Shown in pieces: positions 1-6,860 of a stretch of 64,000 nt of DNA. The position numbers and the translations under genes were made by a program. This DNA is from Bacteroidaceae bacterium (GTDB lineage: Bacteria > Bacteroidota > Bacteroidia > Bacteroidales > Bacteroidaceae). The stretch covers positions 47 through 64,046 of the forward strand of contig JAZRYA010000018.1 in assembly GCA_045600505.1 (NCBI GenBank). Direction: 5' to 3'. How positions within the stretch are numbered: the first letter of the stretch is position 1; each line of letters starts with the position of its first letter. The notes below the pieces were generated by a model. That model did not search any database, had not been told where the DNA came from, and saw nothing but the letters and a program-made list of their open reading frames with translations.

Positions 1-230
1 GCCATGCCTATTGCCTGGTACATGGTCAGCGTGCGCCCTATGTGGGCAACATCTGCATGGATGTGTGCATGATTGATGTCACCGACATCGACTGCCACGA
101 GGGTGACACGGCGCTGATCTTCGGCCAAGAATTACCCGTCACCACCTTGTCTGATGTGACGGGCACCATTCCTTATGAGATACTCACGAGTGTCTCTGGT
201 CGTGTCAAGCGAGTGTATTTCAGGGAGTAA
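1..230 (+). CDS. alr: Alanine racemase, C-terminal fragment (5' end is upstream of the window; frame enters at nt 3)
   Basis: The frame is open from nt 3. The translation ...GQRAPYVGNICMDVCMIDVT...GTIPYEILTSVSGRVKRVYFRE has the conserved racemase C-terminal pattern (VGxxCMD, IPYE). Track ORF 42..230 is only its GTG-initiated tail. Confidence 0.8.
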   Translation, partial: HAYCLVHGQRAPYVGNICMDVCMIDVTDIDCHEGDTALIFGQELPVTTLSDVTGTIPYEILTSVSGRVKRVYFRE

Positions 231-241
231 GCCCCCTCTAG

Positions 242-268
242 CTCCCCCCAAAGGGGGAGGATTTTGGT
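242..268 (+). terminator. Rho-independent terminator candidate downstream of alr
   Basis: Stem CTCCCCC (242-248) pairs with GGGGGAG (253-259) around loop CAAA, followed by GATTTTGG. It starts 12 nt after the alr stop. Confidence 0.55.
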
Positions 269-287
269 TAGAGGTTAGGGGTTAGAG
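266..287. repeat. GGTTAG-word tandem repeat (GGTTAGAGGTTAGGGGTTAGAG)
   Basis: Read directly. Positions 272-287 (AGGTTAGGGGTTAGAG) have an exact 16-nt inverted copy at 5285-5300. Confidence 0.7.
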
Positions 288-436
288 TTTTTTAACCACA
301 AATCTCACAAATTCCCTAGTGCATCGATTTGTGTGATTTGTAATAAATTCTTTTTAGAGGACTGATTTGATAGATTTGCGAGATTTGTGGTTCCAATTAA
401 AAAATCTCTGTGTCCTCTGCGTCTCTGTGTGAGACA
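288..436. repeat. Word-based intergenic hairpin array (GATTTG/CAAATC words, then CTCTGYG words)
   Basis: AACCACAAATCTCACAAAT (294-312) pairs with the reverse complement of GATTTGCGAGATTTGTGGTT (373-392), 19 bp with 1 mismatch. T-run 288-293 and A-run 399-404 extend the stem. GATTTG words recur at 327-342 and 364-390. TCTCTGTG / TCCTCTGCG / TCTCTGTGTG run in tandem at 405-430. Confidence 0.7.
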
Positions 437-1198
437 CTAGACAATATTGAATCGCAGCGCTTCAGCGTCAAATTGGATGTGCTCTCCTGTGAAGAAGTGG
501 GGGAGCACTTCCGTGCTTGCCAGTTCGCTGGGCGTACCTATCGCCACCTCCTGATTGGGCGCAATCAACCATAGTCGGTCGGCCGTCTGCAAGGCGAGGT
601 CCAGGTCATGTGTGCTCAGGAAGATGCTCTTGCCCATCTCGCGGCACAGGCGACGGAGCAGCAGCATAGCCTCCACCTTGCTGGGGAAGTCCAGGAAGGC
701 CGTCGGTTCGTCCAGCAAGATGATGGGTGTGCCCTGGGCCAGTGCCTTGGCGATCATCACCTTCTGGCGCTCACCGTCACTCAGCGTGCTCACTTGCCGG
801 TGTGCCAGGGCCTCTATGCCCACCTGCTCTATGGCTCGGGTGATCTCCTGTTCGTCCTCCTTGGTCAGTCGTCCCCAGAAGTTGGTGTAGGGGCTTCGTC
901 CCATGCCCACCAGGTCGCGCACGGTGATGCCTCGCACGTCGATGCGTTCCGTCAGCACCACGCCTATCTGTGTGCTCAGTTGTCGGGGCGCGATGTCTCC
1001 CAGCGGCACCTCGTTCAGCAGCATCTCGCCGCTGATGGGTGGCTGAAAGGCGGCCAGTGTCCTCAGCAGGGTGCTCTTGCCCGCGCCGTTGGGGCCCAGC
1101 AGACAAGTCAGTTCGCCTGTCCTCAGTTCTGCATTTATGGGACCGGCCACCCTGTGCCCAGGGTAGCCGATCACCAAATTATTTAATTCATAATTCAT
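437..1198 (-). CDS. ABC transporter ATP-binding protein, FecE/BtuD-like (iron-siderophore/cobalamin importer class)
   Basis: ATG at 1198. Walker A GPNGAGKST, signature LSDGERQ, Walker B ILLDEPTAFLD and the H-loop STHD are present. Size (253 aa) is typical of the class. Confidence 0.9.
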   Translation of the reverse strand: MNYELNNLVIGYPGHRVAGPINAELRTGELTCLLGPNGAGKSTLLRTLAAFQPPISGEMLLNEVPLGDIAPRQLSTQIGVVLTERIDVRGITVRDLVGMGRSPYTNFWGRLTKEDEQEITRAIEQVGIEALAHRQVSTLSDGERQKVMIAKALAQGTPIILLDEPTAFLDFPSKVEAMLLLRRLCREMGKSIFLSTHDLDLALQTADRLWLIAPNQEVAIGTPSELASTEVLPHFFTGEHIQFDAEALRFNIV

Positions 1199-1236
1199 AA
1201 TGCATAATTACCCATCATCCACCCCCCTTGCTGCCA

Positions 1237-1313
1237 TGCAGCTCCTCCCCTTTTGGGGAAGTCGGAAAGCACTAGATGTGCTCTCCGAGTATGTGCCGGG
1301 GGGTAGGGCTTTT
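1237..1313. repeat. GC-rich hairpin element, copy b (interrupted by about 33 bp)
   Basis: ATGCAGCTCCTCCCCTTTTGGGGAAG (1237-1262) and CCGGGGGGTAGGGCTTT (1297-1313) match the two halves of the 60902-60939 and 61438-61476 elements. The element fills the GH20-stop to ATPase-start gap. Confidence 0.65.
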
Positions 1314-2908
1314 TATTCTTGCTTGGGACAGTAGGGCACGCCCAACTTCCTATACAGTTTCAGCATGCGAGGGAGACGAGCCTTGAAGGCCTCGTAATCC
1401 TTCTGCTCCTTGGGCATCCACTGCACCTCGCTCAGCGCATCCAGGCGGGGCAGCAACATGTAGAAGGCATGCTCGGGATACACCACATACTCCGTCCACA
1501 GATTGCACTGGGGACCCAGGATGTACTTCGCCTCCTCGCTGGTCAGTTCGTCGGGGATGGGCTCGTAGCTATACAGCTTGCTCATAGGCAGATAACCGCC
1601 GATGGCCAGGGGCTGCTGCTGGTGGTTCTGCAGCTGATAGTGGTCGATGTAGCAATGGCTGTTGGGCGACATGATCACGCGGTGGTGCTGACGAGCAGCC
1701 TCGATGCCACCCTCGGTGCCACGCCAACTCATCACGATGGCGTTCTCCGAGAGACCGCCCTCCAGGACCTCGTCCCAGCCCACCAGTTCACGACCCATGC
1801 CAGCCATGTACTTCTCCAGCTCCTTGTTGATGTAGGTCTGCAGCTGAGCCTCCTTCTTCAGACCCAGCTCCTTCATCTTCGCCTGGCACTTGGGGCAGTG
1901 CTGCCAGCGCACACGGGGACTCTCGTCGCCACCGATGTGTATCATCTTGCTGGGGAACACGTCGGCCAGCTCCTTCAGCACCTGCTTCAGGAACTCCAGC
2001 GTCTTGGGATTGCCGGCACACAGCACATCGTCGGCCACGCCCCAGCGTGGCCACACGTCATAGGGACCACCCGTGCAACCCAGATCGGGGTACACGTGCA
2101 GGGCAGCGATCATGTGGCCAGGCAGGTCTATCTCGGGGATGATGTTGATGTATCGCTCAGCGGCATAGCGCACGATCTCGCGGCACTCCTCCTGGGTGTA
2201 GTATCCACCCACGGGCTGGTTGTCATAGATGTTGGTGTTCTGGCCGATCACCGTGCGGGGGCGCACGCTGCCCTTCTTGGCCAGATCGGGCATCGACTTC
2301 ACCTCGAATCTCCATCCCTGGTCATCGGTGATGTGCCAGTGCAGATTGTTGCAGCCATGCAGCGCCATCATGTCGATGTACTGCTTCACGGTCTCCACGG
2401 GGAAGTAGTGGCGCGAGCAGTCGAAGTGCACGCCGCGGTAGCTGAATCGGGGCTCGTCCTGGATGGTCACCCAGGGCAGGGTCACATTGCCCTCCACCTC
2501 GGTGCCGATGGACTTGCGCAGCGTCTGCACACCACGGTACACGCCGCTCTCGCTGGCGCCCTGTATGGTCACGCCCTTCTTGTCCACCGTCAGCACATAG
2601 GCATCGGGGTTCTCATTCTTCAGTCCCAGTGTCAGTGTGATGGCAGCGCCCTTCTTCACGTCAGCCTGGGGCACCACGGCAAAGCCAGCGTCCTGTGCCA
2701 GGTACTGCTGCAGCAGGCGTGCATTGTTGGCCATCTTCTCGTTGCCGCTCTTGTAGGTGACGATCGACTTGGGTGCCAGCGCATAGCTGCCAGCCTTGGC
2801 AGGTTCCTGTATGCTGCGGGGCAGTGGAATCACGTGATAGTCCGTCTCGGCATAGCCCGACAGGCCCATTCCGAGGATAAAACTCAGTGCAATTGCTATT
2901 TTCTTCAT
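1313..2908 (-). CDS. Beta-N-acetylhexosaminidase, glycoside hydrolase family 20, secreted
   Basis: Motifs HWHITDDQGWR and IHIGGDE are present. Signal peptide MKKIAIALSFILGMGLSGYA begins at the ATG at 2908. The track ORF start at 2977 is an upstream extension; a -7 box at 2934-2941 supports 2908. Confidence 0.9.
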   Translation of the reverse strand: MKKIAIALSFILGMGLSGYAETDYHVIPLPRSIQEPAKAGSYALAPKSIVTYKSGNEKMANNARLLQQYLAQDAGFAVVPQADVKKGAAITLTLGLKNENPDAYVLTVDKKGVTIQGASESGVYRGVQTLRKSIGTEVEGNVTLPWVTIQDEPRFSYRGVHFDCSRHYFPVETVKQYIDMMALHGCNNLHWHITDDQGWRFEVKSMPDLAKKGSVRPRTVIGQNTNIYDNQPVGGYYTQEECREIVRYAAERYINIIPEIDLPGHMIAALHVYPDLGCTGGPYDVWPRWGVADDVLCAGNPKTLEFLKQVLKELADVFPSKMIHIGGDESPRVRWQHCPKCQAKMKELGLKKEAQLQTYINKELEKYMAGMGRELVGWDEVLEGGLSENAIVMSWRGTEGGIEAARQHHRVIMSPNSHCYIDHYQLQNHQQQPLAIGGYLPMSKLYSYEPIPDELTSEEAKYILGPQCNLWTEYVVYPEHAFYMLLPRLDALSEVQWMPKEQKDYEAFKARLPRMLKLYRKLGVPYCPKQE

Positions 2909-2933
2909 GATTTCGTTTTTTAGGTTTCTGTTG

Positions 2934-2941
2934 CAAATGTA
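2934..2941 (-). promoter_or_regulatory. Bacteroidota -7 promoter box TACATTTG (TAnnTTTG) for the GH20 gene
   Basis: The plus strand reads CAAATGTA, 26 nt upstream of the ATG at 2908. Confidence 0.5.
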
Positions 2942-3225
2942 GCGATTTCTGGCGAAAACACCAAAATCCACGCCCATTTTCTGCTGGACGGGGGATGAGT
3001 TAATTGTTTGTACTCGGATTGTGTATTGATTTGTTTGCTACCCCCTACATTTAATTTAACGCAGTTCTTCGATTTTCTGTACTTACTGCATACTTACTAA
3101 TCATACCGTAACACTCATATTATCAACGTGTTCAAAAAATCAGAAAGTGCCAGTCCTTTTCTGTCGTGACGTGTTTTCTTGATTGCAAGGCCCTCAAGAT
3201 TTTTTTGGTTTGATTTGAATATTCT

Positions 3226-3406
3226 CTATCACTATCAGTACTATCAGTTCTATCAGTTAGTTTTGGACACGTATGCATCAATGAAAATAGGTCTAATATA
3301 TATATAAATAAATTTATATATATATTAGAATTTCATATTCAACTCACATGATGACCAGAAAAGCGTACATATATTTAACTGATAGAACTGATAGAATTGA
3401 TAGTCG
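3226..3406. repeat. Concentric inverted-repeat structure: CTATCAG-word arms around a perfect AT-only palindrome
   Basis: Left arm is CTATCACTATCAGTACTATCAGTTCTATCAGTTAG (3226-3260); right arm is TAACTGATAGAACTGATAGAATTGATAG (3376-3403). 3241-3259 is the exact reverse complement of 3376-3394 (19 bp). The central palindrome CTAATATATATATAAAT-AA-ATTTATATATATATTAG lies at 3293-3328. Confidence 0.85.
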
Positions 3407-3602
3407 CTCCTGAAACGGACGGGATACATCCGCTGCGCGAAAAAACTTCAGAGCATCAAATATGCGATTTACAGCTATTTAGTAGAATTAATAGAGACGT
3501 CTATCTTGCGTAAATAGACAGTTACCAAAATTATTTCGTTTAATTATATGTAGGGGTTCTTGAATAACGAGTCATTCTTCTGGTCATCACATGTACTTTA
3601 TT

Positions 3603-3706
3603 CTACTCTTTTCGGCCAAAAAGAGTAGTTATCCGCGGCATTTAGAGTACTGTTTTTGACTGAGACATGTACTCTAAAGAGCCTAAAATAGTCCAGAAGA
3701 GTACAT
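3603..3706. repeat. AGAGTA-word hairpin cluster (three perfect 9-10 bp stems)
   Basis: CTACTCTTTT (3603-3612) pairs with AAAAGAGTAG (3619-3628). TTTAGAGTAC (3641-3650) pairs with GTACTCTAAA (3669-3678). ATGTACTCT (3667-3675) pairs with AGAGTACAT (3698-3706). The same words recur at 45228-45343 and 63026-63110. Confidence 0.8.
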
Positions 3707-3839
3707 ACAAACGATGTCATAACCTAGGTCTATTTTTGGGGAGGCTCTCGAAGTGGCAGGACCTACCTAAAGTAGTTTTTAAAAATAGAATCCTCATAAA
3801 GTTTTTAAAGATTTTCTTGTCGCTTTCTGTTCTTTTTCA

Positions 3840-3847
3840 TAAATTTG
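3840..3847 (+). promoter_or_regulatory. -7 promoter box TAAATTTG with no ORF immediately downstream
   Basis: Exact TAnnTTTG followed by GCAACGT, the same context as the box at 63177-63184. The next credible start codon is 339 nt away, at 4186. Confidence 0.4.
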
Positions 3848-4151
3848 CAACGTCCATCGGGGAAACCCGTTGTGATCAAGAAGGCGTTCGCGCTTTTATC
3901 CTTAACATCGAAATCGCCAATTTCAAAGCAGAAGGATGAAGGACAGTGAGCTGCCCGAGCTGTATGTAGTTATTGCCATGGCCCCGCGCCGTGTCTACTG
4001 CATATAGGCGTGGGGTAAGTTGTTGTATTCATTTCTGCTATGGTGTTTGGCGATACCTGATGTTAGATGAATATGGACAAGCCCTCACGCTTTCTTGTAT
4101 CAATAAGTCTTAAAAAAAACATTTTTTGATACATAGAACGGAAATTTTTTG

Positions 4152-4159
4152 TAGTTTTG
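4152..4159 (+). promoter_or_regulatory. -7 promoter box TAGTTTTG for the lipoprotein gene
   Basis: Exact TAnnTTTG, 27 nt upstream of the ATG at 4186. Confidence 0.45.
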
Positions 4160-4185
4160 TAGTTATAAATCTAAGAAGTATGGTC

Positions 4186-5181
4186 ATGAAGAAGAATCTG
4201 TTCTCACTTGCCCTGATGGCAGTGACACTGGTAGCATGTAACGACGACACACCGGAACCCAGCGAGGATAAGGTCCCCGTTGCCCATGTGCAGAGAATCT
4301 GCCACGGCGAGTACTATGTTAAAAGCAATGGCGCGTCGGTGTTGGAAAACAGCGACTTTAGATTTTATGATCTCCAGGGTCTGCTGGTACAGGAGAAACA
4401 CATGCGCTGGGTGTACCCTGACTGCAAAATGAGTCTGGATGAGTTGTCGGCCCTGACCCCCAGCACGCCTTGGGACGGCCCCTTCCAGAAGTACTGGAGC
4501 TGGAGCAATGCGGACATGCGAAACATTACCGAGATGGAGCAGGGACGCATCGTGTGCATAAAGAACCAAAAGTACCAGTACACGGAGGAGGGTGACCTGA
4601 TAGCCACCTATCAGTACAAGGACGGAAAACTGGAAAAGAGCGTAGTGCGCCAGAACACCTACACCACCAGTATTACGACCCCCCCGATGGAGGTAGTGAC
4701 CACCAAATATCACTGGGGCACTGTAGAGGGCCAGACTGCGCTGGTGGGCGTGACAAAGACGCGTCACCTCAGCCAAAAAGACTATACCGGTGGGTGGAAA
4801 GATTTTCAGGAAGAGGACTTTCAGCAACTGACCCTGGAATACGAAAAGGCATACAAGGACCATGATGCCGTGATGCCCGAACTGCTGCGTATGTTGGGCC
4901 TGGAGCTCTATCCTATGGCAGAGTATAAGGATGTGCTGGATGGCAAGTTTGGCGACGGACAGTTGCTGCTCCCCACTGCCCTGGACGTGACACTGGACAG
5001 AAACATTAGTTCGTCAGACGGTGCTCCCTTCCATGCACACCGTGCTCCCTACCACTGCATCATCAAGCGTACTGCCACCAACAAGCACATCGACCGTCTG
5101 ACGGTAGAGCAAACCCAATATTCTCCCATGCAGACAGTGCCCTACCTCGACGTCTTCAGAATACAGTATTACGCAAACTAA
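4186..5181 (+). CDS. Orphan lipoprotein, no recognisable domain
   Basis: Lipoprotein signal MKKNLFSLALMAVTLVAC at the ATG at 4186. The track start at 4126 is an upstream extension. A strong terminator follows. No catalytic or binding motif was recognised. Confidence 0.75.
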   Translation: MKKNLFSLALMAVTLVACNDDTPEPSEDKVPVAHVQRICHGEYYVKSNGASVLENSDFRFYDLQGLLVQEKHMRWVYPDCKMSLDELSALTPSTPWDGPFQKYWSWSNADMRNITEMEQGRIVCIKNQKYQYTEEGDLIATYQYKDGKLEKSVVRQNTYTTSITTPPMEVVTTKYHWGTVEGQTALVGVTKTRHLSQKDYTGGWKDFQEEDFQQLTLEYEKAYKDHDAVMPELLRMLGLELYPMAEYKDVLDGKFGDGQLLLPTALDVTLDRNISSSDGAPFHAHRAPYHCIIKRTATNKHIDRLTVEQTQYSPMQTVPYLDVFRIQYYAN

Positions 5182-5205
5182 GGTGCCTGATACCTATACA
5201 TACAC

Positions 5206-5239
5206 AGACCTCGCCCTACCAAGAGCGAGGTCTTTTTTA
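5206..5239 (+). terminator. Rho-independent terminator of the lipoprotein gene
   Basis: AGACCTCGC (5206-5214) pairs with GCGAGGTCT (5225-5233), followed by TTTTTT. Confidence 0.85.
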
Positions 5240-5266
5240 TGGTCGGTCGTTTGTCGGTCGTTAAGG
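5239..5266. repeat. Orphan half-copy of the GGTCGG-word arm seen at 62728-62887
   Basis: GGTCGGTCGTTTGTCGGTCGTTAAG (5241-5265) differs at 1 of 25 positions from the reverse complement of 62853-62877. No partner arm or palindrome is present here. Confidence 0.75.
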
Positions 5267-5306
5267 AACCCCCCCCCCAGGCATCTCTAACCCCTAACCT
5301 TTCTTA

Positions 5307-5332
5307 AGTATCACCCACAGGACCACGGGGGC
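5307..5332. repeat. Direct repeat, left copy (AGTATCACCCACAGGACCACGGGGGC)
   Basis: 25 of 26 positions are identical to 6874-6899. It overlaps the last codons of the AAA+ ATPase gene. Confidence 0.9.
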
Positions 5333-6723
5333 ATTGTTTCATTAGAGGTGAGCAAAGCATCAAGTCCTGAAAGAGCATACAATGGAATCACGTCAATCCT
5401 ACGTTCGATGCTTGAACTTTCTTCTTCAAAAAGAACGAGTTGGGCGTAATTCTCCAGTGAGGTGCGAATGGCATACGAAATATTCTTGGATTTCATAAAC
5501 AGTCGTAGACTTTTCATCTTTCCACTTGTGCCCGATTTTACTTCCAATGGCAGTATCGTCATGTTTCTTGATAAGATGTAATCAACCTCTGATGTTGTGC
5601 CGTTTTTGAGGTTCTCCCAATAGTATAGGTCGTGTTGCGACTTTGCAGGCGCATACTTTATTATTTCCCAGCCAGCAACCATTTCTGTCAAGCCGCCTTT
5701 GTTGACTAACTCAGATGCCACATCAGCAAGGATCTGTGTTCTTAGAGATTCTGCACCACCAAGTTCCATATCCATAATGCGCAGTAGCAAACCACTGTCC
5801 AGATAGATATATTTCTTGAATTTGTTGTTCATCTCTGCACCCAGAGGAAGCCCATTGGCAGCTGTATGATTAACGCGTTTTGCAAGTCCTGCATCAACGA
5901 GCAACTCCAATGCTTTCTTTACTTCATCCGCTCTATAGCCTCCGTCTACGTGGCTATATACAAATTTGCTTCCCACCTGCATGATAATGCTATGAAGCGT
6001 ATTGCGCAGCAGCTGAGGGTCTACTTTCTTGGCATACTTGACAAAGTCGTCGTAATAGCTCTGCCTGATGTCGTCAAGTTCATCTGCACATTGCATGTAG
6101 TCGTGCGTCTCAACCCATGTCGCGACACTTGCTGGCATACCGCCCACCAGCAGGAACGTGCGAAAGGCCTGCACCATTTCTTTGTGCAAAACCTCAAAAA
6201 GCGGACTCTGTGGATTAGCTTTGCTTCTCTCGTCTATCCACATGGCCTTCCCGTCGGCTATCAGAAACTCGTCGAACGACATTGGATAGACGAACAACGA
6301 TGATATGCGCCCAACCCCAAAAGAAGGCATCTCTTTCAGCGTAAACTCTAACAAAGATCCTGCCCCCACAACGTGTAGTTCAGAAAAATCCTCCTTGAAT
6401 CCCCACAAGCTGCTGATGGCAGCAGGACATGCCTGTATCTCGTCTAGAAATAGCAATGTCTCTCCAGGAACTATGGGGGTTGTATAAATTGCACTCAACC
6501 TTTCGGCTATAGTATGCACGTCGGTGATTTCGTCGAACAACTGGCGGATCTCGGGCCTTTTCTCAAAATTTACTTCTATGTAGTATTTGAAACTCTCGCC
6601 AAGATGCCTTACTGCCCATGATTTTCCAACTTGCCTTGCACCTCTCATCAGAAGAGGTTTACGCTTTGTCTTGTTTTTCCATGCTACCAGTTCCGCGTCA
6701 ACCAATCTTGTATAATATGCCAT
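5311..6723 (-). CDS. AAA+ ATPase, AAA_14/DUF4143-like (COG1373-type), stand-alone
   Basis: ATG at 6723. Walker A is GARQVGKS and Walker B LLFLDEIQ. The overall layout of 470 aa is an N-terminal P-loop domain plus a C-terminal domain, typical of this family as recalled. Confidence 0.8.
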   Translation of the reverse strand: MAYYTRLVDAELVAWKNKTKRKPLLMRGARQVGKSWAVRHLGESFKYYIEVNFEKRPEIRQLFDEITDVHTIAERLSAIYTTPIVPGETLLFLDEIQACPAAISSLWGFKEDFSELHVVGAGSLLEFTLKEMPSFGVGRISSLFVYPMSFDEFLIADGKAMWIDERSKANPQSPLFEVLHKEMVQAFRTFLLVGGMPASVATWVETHDYMQCADELDDIRQSYYDDFVKYAKKVDPQLLRNTLHSIIMQVGSKFVYSHVDGGYRADEVKKALELLVDAGLAKRVNHTAANGLPLGAEMNNKFKKYIYLDSGLLLRIMDMELGGAESLRTQILADVASELVNKGGLTEMVAGWEIIKYAPAKSQHDLYYWENLKNGTTSEVDYILSRNMTILPLEVKSGTSGKMKSLRLFMKSKNISYAIRTSLENYAQLVLFEEESSSIERRIDVIPLYALSGLDALLTSNETMPPWSCG

Positions 6724-6744
6724 GTCAGTTTCATTTTATGTGCA

Positions 6745-6752
6745 CAAAGGTA
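6745..6752 (-). promoter_or_regulatory. -7 promoter box TACCTTTG for the AAA+ ATPase gene
   Basis: The plus strand reads CAAAGGTA, 22 nt upstream of the ATG at 6723. The identical box precedes the GH2 gene (26452-26459). Confidence 0.5.
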
Positions 6753-6860
6753 CAAAACAACGAGGAATAATCCAAGCTATTTTTGAAAAATAAAGAGGAG
6801 TATATCTAATAAATGTGATAAAATAAAGAGGAATCCTACTCTTTTACATCCAAATTCGCT

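Noticed and set aside
266-287. Telomere-like TTAGGG-containing repeat.
   Set aside because: There are only three degenerate units inside a bacterial intergenic region. It fits the pattern of the other word repeats, and nothing suggests a linear replicon end.
1319-2923. 534-aa plus-strand ORF antisense to the GH20 gene. Similar long antisense ORFs occur at 9166..10632, 10971..13022, 23245..24282, 57823..59049, 59838..60722 and 61573..62658.
   Set aside because: Each lies entirely within, and opposite to, a gene with clear family motifs. The translations are low-complexity (rich in V/G/A/L/H/D) and carry no motifs. They are stop-poor shadow frames caused by the codon bias of the real genes.
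3667-3939. 90-aa ORF in the AT-rich gap. Similar small ORFs occur at 45070..45324, 45104..45346, 45420..45611, 62664..63092 and 62944..63222.
   Set aside because: They run through hairpin and word-repeat arrays, have no promoter or start context, and have odd composition. They are better explained as chance frames in repetitive non-coding DNA.
2909-4185. Search for a tRNA, tmRNA, integrase remnant or att site in the AT-rich gap.
   Set aside because: I could find no cloverleaf-compatible sequence, no T-loop GTTCRANNC motif and no recombinase-like reading frame by eye. This is a weak negative, since no search tool was run.
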